Shown here: piece by piece, positions 15,675 to 24,235 of the stretch
How the letters are laid out: each line of letters begins with the position of its first letter
Numbering within the stretch: the first letter of the stretch is position 1
Virus record (IMG/VR): IMGVR_UViG_3300025450_001231
Reading direction: 5' to 3' (one strand)
Source: a virus
Lineage: Duplodnaviria; Caudoviricetes
DNA: 64,000 bases
Program-made: the position numbers and the translations under genes
Notes under the pieces: model-generated
Told to the model about the DNA's origin: nothing
The model's input: the letters and a program-made list of their open reading frames with translations, nothing else
Database searches by the model: none

Positions 15675-16448
15675 TTGATGAACAAGATTATTACAATTTT
15701 ATTAATGGCACTAGCAGTTAATGCTAATGCAAAACATCACCACAAAGTTTATACACCGGCACCACCGGCTGAAGAAGTAACTATGTTGGTCTATAATATT
15801 TCCACTCAGCAGGCAACAGTCAGTGCCAATGCTGACAAAATAAGACCAATGGCCAGTATTACCAAACTAATGACTGCCATGATCAGTTTGGATCTATATA
15901 GACTAGACGAAGCAATAACAGTAGGACGACATCAAACGGTGACCGTAGAGCAACTGTTGACTCGATTGTTGATCCGCAGTGATAACGGTGCCGCTGAACT
16001 ACTGGCACGCCATCACCCTGAAGGTAGAGATGCTTTTCTTACTGCAATGAACGAACGTGCACAACGACTGGGATTGGTTAATACCGAATATCATGATCCC
16101 AGTGGATTGATAAGAACCAACACTACCACTGCCAATGACTTGGCTAAGTTAATTGCCACTGCCGGTACCTACAGTTTTATCAAAGCAACTGCCAGTCAAG
16201 CCGAAGTAGTACAAGATGCTAGCAAAAAACATCCGGTGGTATTAAACAATACCAATCACACCATACTAAAAGAATTCCATAATATATTGGTTAGCAAAAC
16301 CGGCTATACTACTCCAGCAGGACGTTGTTTAGCCTTACTGGTTGACAGTTCAGGCCAACAGTATGCTATAATTATATTAGGAGAAAACACACCCCAGAAT
16401 AGGGATCGATTGGCAAGAGTGCTAATACAATCAACAAATAATTCATAA
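15675..16448 (+). CDS. D-Ala-D-Ala carboxy/endopeptidase (peptidase S11, PBP7-like)
   Basis: signal peptide; SxxK (ASITK), SDN and KTG triad motifs. Confidence 0.9.
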   Translation: MMNKIITILLMALAVNANAKHHHKVYTPAPPAEEVTMLVYNISTQQATVSANADKIRPMASITKLMTAMISLDLYRLDEAITVGRHQTVTVEQLLTRLLIRSDNGAAELLARHHPEGRDAFLTAMNERAQRLGLVNTEYHDPSGLIRTNTTTANDLAKLIATAGTYSFIKATASQAEVVQDASKKHPVVLNNTNHTILKEFHNILVSKTGYTTPAGRCLALLVDSSGQQYAIIILGENTPQNRDRLARVLIQSTNNS

Positions 16449-16462
16449 CACAAAGGAATAAT

Positions 16463-16684
16463 ATGAGTCAAGATAAAAAAGCGAAAATCAAACACAAAGT
16501 CACTCTCAGTAAACAAAGCAAGCGATATGCAGCTTTGATTTTGGATCCGCACAAGCGTGGTGCATTTATTCGTAGTCAATTGGATGCAGAAAATACTGCA
16601 TTTATGGCCAAGTTTGCCAAACCACAACGTGATAATAAACCAAAATTTGGACAAGCACCTGCGGAAACGCCAGAGAATACTTGA
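16463..16684 (+). CDS. small basic hypothetical protein
   Basis: AAGGA SD; 73 aa, Lys-rich. Confidence 0.6.
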   Translation: MSQDKKAKIKHKVTLSKQSKRYAALILDPHKRGAFIRSQLDAENTAFMAKFAKPQRDNKPKFGQAPAETPENT

Positions 16685-16709
16685 TTATTAATGGGATCTG
16701 TAGTATAAT
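16681..16709 (+). promoter_or_regulatory. sigma70 promoter
   Basis: TTGATT-17-TATAAT. Confidence 0.7.
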
Positions 16710-16734
16710 TACAGTAAGATGATTAAGGAAAAAT

Positions 16735-17094
16735 ATGAATCCGTTTAGAGATCAAGAAAAGTTTATGCGTGCCTGCGACCAAACAGTGGGCGAAGTTAAC
16801 GAAGACCAGTATGCATTGTACCAAAAGCTGATTCTTGAAGAATGCCAAGAGTTCATTACTGCACTTGAAACACGTGATCGTGTAGAACAATTGGATGCAC
16901 TGGTTGATATACTAGTTGTAACCATTGGTGCTATACATAGTGCAGGCTTTGATGCCGAAGGTGCTTGGAGAGAAGTTATGAGCACTAACTTTGCCAAAAT
17001 TGGCGAGGATGGCAAAGTACGCAAACGTGAAGATGGCAAAGTATTAAAACCGCTGGGATGGACCCCACCACAATTAGGACAATTTGTAAAATGA
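16735..17094 (+). CDS. MazG-like / all-alpha NTP pyrophosphohydrolase
   Basis: LILEECQEF, EQLDALVDILVV, SNFAK-like STNFAK, GKVLKP. Confidence 0.85.
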   Translation: MNPFRDQEKFMRACDQTVGEVNEDQYALYQKLILEECQEFITALETRDRVEQLDALVDILVVTIGAIHSAGFDAEGAWREVMSTNFAKIGEDGKVRKREDGKVLKPLGWTPPQLGQFVK

Positions 17095-17918
17095 GATCAC
17101 AATATTGGAGTTGCACAAAATTTGCAGATTACATTCGCGGTACCGCCAAGTTAAGTGCCGGGACCAGCAAAGAATGGGACGAATGGCATACTACTGCCAA
17201 AATGCGTCATAACTTTCGTTACTGGTTAGCCGAAGAAGCATTGGACGCTATCCAAAATTTTATTAACTACCCTGCGAATCGACTAAATGACGTTAGATAT
17301 TACATTAATAATCGCTGGGTATCTCGTAGCCACGCTCTTACCGCTCATCCTCGCGACATTAAACCCGGGCAATGGCAGGATGTGGGCTGGCGTTTCTTGC
17401 CTTGCCTATTTAATGAGCTTGTGGATTTTGTGGAAATAGAACAAGCGTGGCATACTTGTATGTGGGACGACGAAGCTCGCAAAAAATACAATCCGCCTTG
17501 GTGGCGCAGTGGTTGGTTGCGTTGGCGCACTTGGCGTTGTCCAGAAGCAGGCATTGCTTATTTAGATTGGGCAGCCACGTTAACTAACAAAGACTTTATT
17601 GAAGAAGGTGAAAAAGAAGAGCCAACTTACCAAGCCAAAGCCGCACAAGAAATCAAAGAGCTTTATCTATGGTGGACTCAAACATATCGTAATCGTCCAG
17701 ATCCTTATGATGCCAGTGGTTGGACTGCCTACTGTGAACTAAGCCGTTTACAAAATAATGGCAAATTATCTCTTGACTGCGACAAAGATAGCCCAGAACT
17801 TAAAAAAATTGCCGATTTGGCAAGCGAAGAACTTCGTAAAATCGAAGCTGCTTATGAAGCAGAAGATGAAGCAATGATGATTAGACTCATTAAAATCCGT
17901 AACTCACTTTGGACCTAA
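17091..17918 (+). CDS. conserved hypothetical Trp-rich phage protein (start moved to ATG 17091)
   Basis: ends MMIRLIKIRNSLWT; AELYLWW-like motif. Confidence 0.7.
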   Translation: MRSQYWSCTKFADYIRGTAKLSAGTSKEWDEWHTTAKMRHNFRYWLAEEALDAIQNFINYPANRLNDVRYYINNRWVSRSHALTAHPRDIKPGQWQDVGWRFLPCLFNELVDFVEIEQAWHTCMWDDEARKKYNPPWWRSGWLRWRTWRCPEAGIAYLDWAATLTNKDFIEEGEKEEPTYQAKAAQEIKELYLWWTQTYRNRPDPYDASGWTAYCELSRLQNNGKLSLDCDKDSPELKKIADLASEELRKIEAAYEAEDEAMMIRLIKIRNSLWT

Positions 17919-17919
17919 T

Positions 17920-18285
17920 ATGGAAGACTTTTTTGATTTTTTGTTTTATTTGTTTTGTGCGTATGCCGCAGTTAAGATTCTTGAAATGATTGTTGCCGAT
18001 CATCTTGAGAAAAAACTTGAAGCCCACAACGAATTCCGCAGTCGAATAAACGAAATCATTCACCGTGTGAACATTGAACAACACGCCGAAACCTACTACT
18101 GGTTTGATATGGATGACGGGGAATTCTTGGGCCAGGGCAAAAATACCGAAGAAATCATTGTTGTATTAAAACAACGATTTCCCGAGCATATTTTCCTACT
18201 GCCCACACACCAAAAAATACACGCTCCCAGCTGGACTCCTGAGCCCTATACTGTGCAAAATCTATCAAAATCTTTTGACAAATAA
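17920..18285 (+). CDS. hypothetical protein with N-terminal TM
   Basis: hydrophobic N-terminus; YYWFD..DGEFLGQG. Confidence 0.6.
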   Translation: MEDFFDFLFYLFCAYAAVKILEMIVADHLEKKLEAHNEFRSRINEIIHRVNIEQHAETYYWFDMDDGEFLGQGKNTEEIIVVLKQRFPEHIFLLPTHQKIHAPSWTPEPYTVQNLSKSFDK

Positions 18286-18303
18286 TGGCAATTTTGCTAT
18301 AAT
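18275..18303 (+). promoter_or_regulatory. sigma70 promoter
   Basis: TTGACA-17-TATAAT with TG extension. Confidence 0.85.
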
Positions 18304-18332
18304 TACAGTATTGGCTAATTAGGAGTATTTCA

Positions 18333-18728
18333 ATGACTATGCATCTTGCACACCCCAGTTTGAGTCTCAGCGGTAAGAAAAAAGGTAAAGTTAAGTTTAA
18401 GAGTTCAGCTGACGCTCAACGAGCCCGTCAATTAGAAGCAGATTGGCAACAGTTATTAAATTCTCACGGTGTTAGCCAAGAAGATAAAAAACGCAAACGT
18501 GCGTTGGCCGCAGAACCGTTGGTCTACAGTTTATCTACTCCAGTGGGTCGTACCAATACCAAACATATTCCCAGTCGAGACAGTGGGCATATGGGTGCAG
18601 TTTCCAGTAAACCTATCCCACAGTATACAGGTACAAAAATTATTGGTATTGGTACTATGCACAAGTCAAATGCAGTGCCAATTTTCAGCGATGACGAGGC
18701 GGTAGAAATCAGCCGTATGAGAAGGTAA
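18333..18728 (+). CDS. conserved T4-like phage protein
   Basis: YTGTKIIGIGTMHKSNAVP motif recalled from T4-like phages. Confidence 0.7.
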   Translation: MTMHLAHPSLSLSGKKKGKVKFKSSADAQRARQLEADWQQLLNSHGVSQEDKKRKRALAAEPLVYSLSTPVGRTNTKHIPSRDSGHMGAVSSKPIPQYTGTKIIGIGTMHKSNAVPIFSDDEAVEISRMRR

Positions 18729-18753
18729 ATAACTGTTTATAATAGGAGATTCA

Positions 18754-18972
18754 GTGGCTAAAGAAGAAGGTATGAAAATGAACGGCGTTGTATTTGAGGT
18801 ATTGGGCAACGCTATGTTTAGGGTTAAATTAGAAAACAGTGAACATATGGTCACTGCTTATATCGGTGGAAAACTACGCAAACACGATATCAAAGTTATT
18901 CAGGGCGACCGCGTGGTTATGGAAATGAGCCCTTATGATTTATCAAAAGGCAGAATTATGTATAGAAACTGA
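18754..18972 (+). CDS. infA: translation initiation factor IF-1
   Basis: GTG start; MAKEE...[15 protein letters not shown]...[18 protein letters not shown]. Confidence 0.95.
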   Translation: MAKEEGMKMNGVVFEVLGNAMFRVKLENSEHMVTAYIGGKLRKHDIKVIQGDRVVMEMSPYDLSKGRIMYRN

Positions 18973-18976
18973 TTTC

Positions 18977-18984
18977 TATAAATA
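18977..18984 (+). promoter_or_regulatory. T4-like late promoter
   Basis: TATAAATA 5 nt before sod ATG. Confidence 0.75.
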
Positions 18985-18989
18985 GTTTT

Positions 18990-19556
18990 ATGTCTGAAAC
19001 AAATTTACGCAATTTAATTGATCTAGTAGAAGCCAAAGGTAAACCAGAACTAAAGCTGGAGCGATTGCCCTACGGCCGTTCACAACTTACTCCTGTAATG
19101 AGCAATCGTACTGTAGAATATCACTACGGCGAATTGGCCAAAGGCTATGTTGATCGTTACAACAAAGGCGAAGGCGACCCAGTTTTCAACGAAGCTGGCG
19201 CTTATTTGCACAATATATTCTTCCCCCAACTTATGCCTCCCAAGCAGGGCAACAAGCCACACGGAGCCAGTCTTGCGCTGATTGACCGCAAGTACGGCAG
19301 CTTTGATGCTTTCAAGAAAGAAATGAAAGAACAGGCTATGAAAATCCAAGGTTCTGGGTGGATTTACTTGGCACGCAACGGGGATATCAAAACTATCAAG
19401 AACCATCAAAAGCGTACAGATATCGCACTACTAATCGACTGGTGGGAACACGCTTACAATTTAGACTACGGTTCAAACAAAAGCAAATACTTTGATAGTA
19501 TATGGCGTATTATCAATTGGGATAAAGTAAACGTTAGAATCTACGCTGGAAAATAA
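18990..19556 (+). CDS. sod: Fe/Mn superoxide dismutase with N-terminal extension
   Basis: LPY, EYHY, LHNIFF, QGSGW, DWWEHAY metal ligands. Confidence 0.92.
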   Translation: MSETNLRNLIDLVEAKGKPELKLERLPYGRSQLTPVMSNRTVEYHYGELAKGYVDRYNKGEGDPVFNEAGAYLHNIFFPQLMPPKQGNKPHGASLALIDRKYGSFDAFKKEMKEQAMKIQGSGWIYLARNGDIKTIKNHQKRTDIALLIDWWEHAYNLDYGSNKSKYFDSIWRIINWDKVNVRIYAGK

Positions 19557-19572
19557 AACACAGATAGAATAC

Positions 19573-19609
19573 TATAAAACCCGATAAATAAGTTATACCG
19601 GGTTTTATA
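19573..19609 (+). promoter_or_regulatory. late promoter TAAATA inside the loop of an 11-bp perfect inverted repeat
   Basis: TATAAAACCCG-ATAAATAAGTTATAC-CGGGTTTTATA. Confidence 0.7.
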
Positions 19610-19613
19610 CAAT

Positions 19614-22313
19614 ATGTCTTTACTTGCTAATTTATCTCTTCCATTCACTGGTGCGGCCCCAAATGACGGGTCTGGCACTACTTTACGCGATGCGTTCAAC
19701 GAAGTCAATACTGATTTATCGTTAATAGCTGCCGCAGTTGATCATCTCAATACATTAGGAATAACAAGCGGTCCGCAAGGACCAACAGGCCCAAGCGGTC
19801 CATCGGGCCCAAGCGGTGCAATTGGTCCACAAGGTCCGATTGGACCAATCGGTGCGTCTAGTACAGTACCAGGTCCGCAAGGTCCACAAGGACCAATCGG
19901 CCCATCGGGCCCTCCCGGAGGTCCACAAGGACCACAAGGCGATATTGGACCATCAGGACCAAGCGGTCCGCAAGGCCCAACAGGTCCAGCAAGCAATATA
20001 CCAGGTCCAATCGGGCCATTAGGCCCAGCAGGACCAACAGGACCAAGCGGTCCAACAGGACCAGCAGGAGGACCACAAGGCCCAACAGGCCCAGCAGGTA
20101 GTGCAGGCCCAGCAGGTCCAGCAGGTAGCACAGGTCCAGCAGGGCCAGCAGGTCCAGCAGGAACCAACGGTGCTGCAGGTCCAACAGGTCCAGCAGGTCC
20201 AGCAGGTAGTACAGGTCCAGCAGGTCCAGCAGGTCCTTCAGGTAGTCCAGGACCAAGTGGTCCAGCAGGTAGCACAGGTCCATCAGGTCCAAGTGGTCCA
20301 TCGGGAGCAGCAAGCACAGTTCCGGGCCCAACAGGACCAAGTGGTCCAGCAGGTAGCACAGGCCCAGCGGGTCCAGCAGGTCCTTCAGGCAGTCCAGGAC
20401 CAAGTGGTCCAGCAGGTAGCACAGGCCCAGCAGGCCCAGCAGGTCCGGCAGGTCCAATCGGTCCAATCGGACCAGCAGGAGGAACAGGACCGTCTGGTCC
20501 GTCGGGTAGTCCTGGTCCACAAGGACCCGCTGGTAATACAGGTCCTTCAGGTCCGTCGGGACCAAGCGGAGCAACAGGAGCACAAGGACCACAAGGTCCA
20601 ACCGGACCGTCAGGGGCACAAGGACCACAAGGACCAATTGGTCCAATAGGCACACAAGGATTATTAGGCCCAACCGGACCGTCAGGAGTACAAGGACCAC
20701 AGGGACCTCTTGGAGCACAAGGCCCACAAGGCCCGCAAGGTGCAAAGGCAGGATTAAAATACTATTGGGATGGCGCTAATAGCGGTGTAGCAGGAACTAG
20801 TGGAAACGGTAGTCTTAGAACCAGTCAAAGTAACACATATCTTGCTTGGACTAACGCCACTAATTTATATATAAGTGCATACGATGCCAATGGAGTTAGT
20901 CTAGTTAATTATATTACACAATGGGGAGCCAGTACTGGTCTTATAAAAGGACAAATCATTATGCAAGATAGTGCAAATGATTTTGTAGTTTATAACATAA
21001 CTGGTTCAGTTATCAATAATTCAACTTATTTTACTATTCCGGTTACTTCTGTCGGCAGCTCATCCACTGTTCCAGCCAACAATACCACATTATATCTTGA
21101 ATTTGTTCGTACAGGTGATGTGGGACCAAGCGGTCCACAAGGACCACAAGGAACAACAACTTACGTATATAATGTTAAAAGTCCAGTGTATGGAGCCAAA
21201 GGAGATGGCTCAACCGACGATACCGCAAGTATTCAAAGTGCAATTACTGCAGCTACTACCACTGGCGGAACAGTATTTTTCCCAGCCGGTACTTATAAAA
21301 TTACCAGTGGTGTATCGCTATCAATAACAAACGGTAGTGATCCTGGTCCCAGAGTGCACTTTCTCGGAGAAGGTATTGGAGCCAGTATAATTAAACAGTT
21401 TTCCAGTTCTAGCAATGGTATTAACATAGTTTCAACTAATGTAAACTGTTATGTTCAGATTTCCAGTTTAACCATATTAGGTGCAGGCGGCGGATCTGGA
21501 ATTAATTTTAGCGGTGGTTGGTTCTGTAGAATTAGAGATTGTGAAATATACAACTGGATCAACGGTGTTTACGCTACAAATATGATTGCATCTACCATAG
21601 ATGCTTGCTATATCAAATATAATACTACCGGTGTTGCTATCACTAATGCCGCAGGAACAGGTCAAATTGATCCTAGCGGTATCAACATTATCAATACTGA
21701 AATTGGCTGGAACACCAGTATAGGTATTAGTATAACTGGGCCCAGTAATTTTACCATGACCAGCTGTTATGTGGATAACAACGGTACAATTGGCAGCAGC
21801 ACCTATGCTGTGCAATTGTATGATAGCGGTGGAGTAGTGGCTGAAGTTGATCCAGCAGGATTTATGATACAGGGCACGCTATTTTATCAAAACGGCGGTG
21901 TAGCTGACATCTTAGTAAGACAAGATGTTGCGAGAAGCGGAGTAACTGGAACTATTATTGGTTGCGGATTCACTAGAACTCCTACTAATTATACCACTAA
22001 CAATATATCTTTGCAAGGATCTGCATCTACTACTACTTTCCCTGTTAGCATTATCAGTTGCGGATTCTATGCAGGGAATTATAGTGCAAGTCGTCCAACC
22101 ATTGGAAACTCCAGTAATTGGTGGCCAGTTTTACTACAGGCTTGTAACTTTGGTAGCAGCGTAGATCAATATGTACCACCAACTCCATCCAATGGAACAA
22201 GCCCTGGTGTATTGGGACAAACTATAGTAGATAAAACAGGTGGTAATTTGTACTTCTGTTATGCACCAAACACGTGGGCAAAGATTAGTGGTTTAGTCTA
22301 TGCTTCATTTTAA
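19614..22313 (+). CDS. collagen-like tail fibre/spike with C-terminal pectate-lyase-like beta-helix
   Basis: [13 protein letters not shown]-motif; long (Gly-Pro-X) array; YNVK...GAKGDG.TDD..IQSAI...GGTVFFPAG. Confidence 0.85.
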   Translation: MSLLANLSLPFTGAAPNDGSGTTLRDAFNEVNTDLSLIAAAVDHLNTLGITSGPQGPTGPSGPSGPSGAIGPQGPIGPIGASSTVPGPQGPQGPIGPSGPPGGPQGPQGDIGPSGPSGPQGPTGPASNIPGPIGPLGPAGPTGPSGPTGPAGGPQGPTGPAGSAGPAGPAGSTGPAGPAGPAGTNGAAGPTGPAGPAGSTGPAGPAGPSGSPGPSGPAGSTGPSGPSGPSGAASTVPGPTGPSGPAGSTGPAGPAGPSGSPGPSGPAGSTGPAGPAGPAGPIGPIGPAGGTGPSGPSGSPGPQGPAGNTGPSGPSGPSGATGAQGPQGPTGPSGAQGPQGPIGPIGTQGLLGPTGPSGVQGPQGPLGAQGPQGPQGAKAGLKYYWDGANSGVAGTSGNGSLRTSQSNTYLAWTNATNLYISAYDANGVSLVNYITQWGASTGLIKGQIIMQDSANDFVVYNITGSVINNSTYFTIPVTSVGSSSTVPANNTTLYLEFVRTGDVGPSGPQGPQGTTTYVYNVKSPVYGAKGDGSTDDTASIQSAITAATTTGGTVFFPAGTYKITSGVSLSITNGSDPGPRVHFLGEGIGASIIKQFSSSSNGINIVSTNVNCYVQISSLTILGAGGGSGINFSGGWFCRIRDCEIYNWINGVYATNMIASTIDACYIKYNTTGVAITNAAGTGQIDPSGINIINTEIGWNTSIGISITGPSNFTMTSCYVDNNGTIGSSTYAVQLYDSGGVVAEVDPAGFMIQGTLFYQNGGVADILVRQDVARSGVTGTIIGCGFTRTPTNYTTNNISLQGSASTTTFPVSIISCGFYAGNYSASRPTIGNSSNWWPVLLQACNFGSSVDQYVPPTPSNGTSPGVLGQTIVDKTGGNLYFCYAPNTWAKISGLVYASF
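19770..20750 (+). repeat. collagen-like Gly-X-Y coding repeat with internal longer duplications
   Basis: continuous GGT/GGA-CCA-NNN triplet repeat; unit ggtccagcaggtccttcagg(t/c)agtccaggaccaagtggtccagcaggtagcacagg occurs twice. Confidence 0.95.
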
Positions 22314-22348
22314 TTAAGCTAAATAATTTATACAAGGAACATTAAATC

Positions 22349-24217
22349 ATGTCTATCTCTTTTGCAAATGTTAACACAGGAACTACGGCCAATGACGGCA
22401 CAGGTACACCACTGCGTGATGCATTTAACATAATCAATACCAATTTTAGCTTAATTAACCAAGCTGGTGTTGGAAATTCATATAACGGCGGAACTATTAC
22501 TAACTCACTGAGTGTGTTAGGCGGTGTCCAAAATACTCCAATTGGTAATTCAAATCCCAGTACTGGTTATTTTACCAGTGTTACCACTAGCGGAGGCATT
22601 ACTTTACAAGGTCCAAATAGCCCAATCATTGAAAATGGCACAGGCGGTCAAACTGGTTATGTGTTAACTAGTACCGGCCCAACAAGTACTCCTGTATGGG
22701 CAGCTCCTACAGGTGGAAACAGTGGCAATGGCGGTGGCGGTAGTGGTGGCGGAATTACTACACTCAGTGCTAATGTATTGAACGACTTGGGCGATGTTGT
22801 TATCACATCTCCATCAAATGGTCAGGTATTGAAGTATAACGGAACAGACTGGGTCAATGGTACTGTTAGCAGCGGAGGTGGTGGTGGCAATATTAGTTTA
22901 CCATCAGATGCAAGAGGATTCTTGTATGATAACGGAGCTGGCACACTCAGCTGGGGATCTGCAGATTATACTTATAATGTAAAAACACGCTATGGTGCTA
23001 CCGGCGACGGTACTACCAATGATGCGGCTGCTATTCAAAGCGCAATTAATGCTGCTATAGCCAATGGCGGTACAGTATTTTTCCCAGCAGGTGTTTATAA
23101 TATCGGTTCAACTTCATTGACCTGTACTATTACTAATAATAGCAACGACGACACACCTAGTATGAAACGCCCACACTTCTTAGGTGAAGGTGTTGGTGCT
23201 AGTATTATTAAAGCTAGTGCTACTAGCAATGCATTAGTTATCACTGATACCGTTGGCAGTAATTTTGGTAATACATATAGTGTTATTTCAGGCCTTAGTT
23301 TTATTGGTACCGGAACTCCTAGTCCGTCCACAATAGCAGGCGGTATTGTTGTGCTCAATGACGGATTTGTTGCTATTCGTGATTGCGAAGTAGCTAATTT
23401 TACTTTTGGAATAGCTGGTTTACAAAACGTTGGTTTTACTATTGATCATTGTATAGTAAAAAATAATGTCACTGGTTTTTATTCTGCCGGTGCTATTTCA
23501 GGATCTGGCTCAGGGTTAGTTGATCCAAATAATATTAATTTTATTAACACAACTTTTTATAAAAATTCACAGTCTGGTGTCTTTATCAGAGGTGGCAGCA
23601 CTATTAATATGTTTGGTGGTTTTGTGTATGAAAATGGTATTAACGGCATATCCTTAGAAGACATCGGCGGTGACGGTGGTGGTGCGACTACTGCTGGATT
23701 TAATCTACAGGGTGTTGCATTTATTAATAACGGAACCGCAGATCACAGTGGTGCTCAATTAAATATTGTATTAGATAGTAATGCTCAAGCTAATTTAAGC
23801 TCATTTACTACAGGTATTGTAAATGCTTGTAGCTTTGGTATGAATGGCAACGTAGGCTACTCTACCGCTGGATATATAAACACTGCCACTGCTCAAGTCA
23901 ATACATATTTTCCAGTAACTGTTACTTCTTGCGGGTTTACATCTGATGCTGATCACAGCTGGCCTGCTGCATATAATTATAATCATTATTTCCCTCTACA
24001 ATTTATCGGTTGTAATTTCCAATACCAAAGTATGGAATACATTCCTCCTGCCCCATCATCAAATGTTAGTTTGGGAATTCAAGGAGAATTTAGAGCTAAC
24101 CTCTCCGGTTATTCTGACGGATCTTTTCCAATATATTACTGCTATGCTCCCAATCGTTGGATTCAAATTAGTACACAAGGTTATTTAGAGCAAGGCCCAA
24201 CCGGCGGACCTTGGTAA
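22349..24217 (+). CDS. tail spike/depolymerase-like protein paralogous to 19614..22313
   Basis: same NDG.GT.LRDAF start, same [36 protein letters not shown] and YAPN.W motifs; TAAATA at 22320. Confidence 0.8.
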   Translation: MSISFANVNTGTTANDGTGTPLRDAFNIINTNFSLINQAGVGNSYNGGTITNSLSVLGGVQNTPIGNSNPSTGYFTSVTTSGGITLQGPNSPIIENGTGGQTGYVLTSTGPTSTPVWAAPTGGNSGNGGGGSGGGITTLSANVLNDLGDVVITSPSNGQVLKYNGTDWVNGTVSSGGGGGNISLPSDARGFLYDNGAGTLSWGSADYTYNVKTRYGATGDGTTNDAAAIQSAINAAIANGGTVFFPAGVYNIGSTSLTCTITNNSNDDTPSMKRPHFLGEGVGASIIKASATSNALVITDTVGSNFGNTYSVISGLSFIGTGTPSPSTIAGGIVVLNDGFVAIRDCEVANFTFGIAGLQNVGFTIDHCIVKNNVTGFYSAGAISGSGSGLVDPNNINFINTTFYKNSQSGVFIRGGSTINMFGGFVYENGINGISLEDIGGDGGGATTAGFNLQGVAFINNGTADHSGAQLNIVLDSNAQANLSSFTTGIVNACSFGMNGNVGYSTAGYINTATAQVNTYFPVTVTSCGFTSDADHSWPAAYNYNHYFPLQFIGCNFQYQSMEYIPPAPSSNVSLGIQGEFRANLSGYSDGSFPIYYCYAPNRWIQISTQGYLEQGPTGGPW

Positions 24218-24235
24218 TAAGAGATTTAACAATGT

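Noticed and set aside
19742-20745. Long minus-strand and alternative-frame ORFs over the collagen region (303, 295 and 182 aa)
   Set aside because: Shadow frames produced by the stop-free Gly-Pro-X repeat; no SD or promoter
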